Origin: Octopus sinensis
Lineage: Eukaryota
Assembly (NCBI RefSeq): GCF_006345805.1
Contig: NC_043024.1
Location: 7,378,001 to 7,442,000 of the forward strand
DNA length: 64,000 nucleotides
Reading direction: 5' to 3'
Under the pieces are notes generated by a model. It saw nothing but the letters and a program-made list of their open reading frames with translations. It ran no database searches and was not told the DNA's origin. A program made the translations under genes and the position numbers. Position 1 is the first letter of the stretch. Every line of letters starts with the position of its first letter. Positions 63,907 to 64,000 of the stretch are shown here, piece after piece.

Positions 63907-63908
<2 letters not shown>
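63467..63908. repeat. Long palindrome: 187-bp arms, 68-bp spacer
   Basis: 63467-63653 against 63722-63908, one mismatch found; TA repeats on both sides. Confidence 0.95.
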
Positions 63909-63941
<33 letters not shown>

Positions 63942-63943
<2 letters not shown>

Positions 63944-64000
63944 GGCGCAGGAGTGGCTGTGTGGTAAGTAGCTTGCTTACCAACCACATGGTTCCGGGTT
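63942..64000 (+). mobile_element. SINE family A head (runs off the window)
   Basis: ggcgcaggagtggctgtgtggtaag. Confidence 0.85.

Overview
AT-rich, repeat-dense eukaryotic (animal) genomic DNA. It is most likely from an octopus or other coleoid cephalopod; this is an inference from the KRAB-less tandem C2H2 zinc-finger genes, the tRNA-derived SINE families and the microsatellite load. Host genes: (1) a minus-strand, spliced gene for a secreted Cys-containing protein that the ORF track only partly shows (coding exons 4568-4332 and 378-324, continuing left of the window); (2) an intact 588-aa, 20-finger C2H2 gene at 37956-39722 containing a recent 7-finger (588-bp) block duplication; (3) a 25-unit C2H2 array at about 59333-62031 disrupted by a SINE dimer with a 13-bp TSD, two frameshifts and in-frame stops, including one TAG amplified five times at 84-bp spacing. 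The rest is mobile DNA: several SINE families (one forming 184-bp tandem arrays), RTE-, R4/Dong- and HERO-like LINE fragments, Penelope-like elements (an RT+GIY-YIG tandem structure and short ends carrying hammerhead-ribozyme-like folds), a non-autonomous Helitron, a Tc1 fragment, a four-copy piggyBac-type MITE array, other MITEs/foldbacks, a 187-bp-arm palindrome and many micro/minisatellites. Nearly all other ORFs in the track are artefacts of microsatellites or SINEs. Repeat boundaries are approximate (tens of bp) unless a TSD, TIR or splice site is quoted. No searches were run; family names come from recognised motifs.
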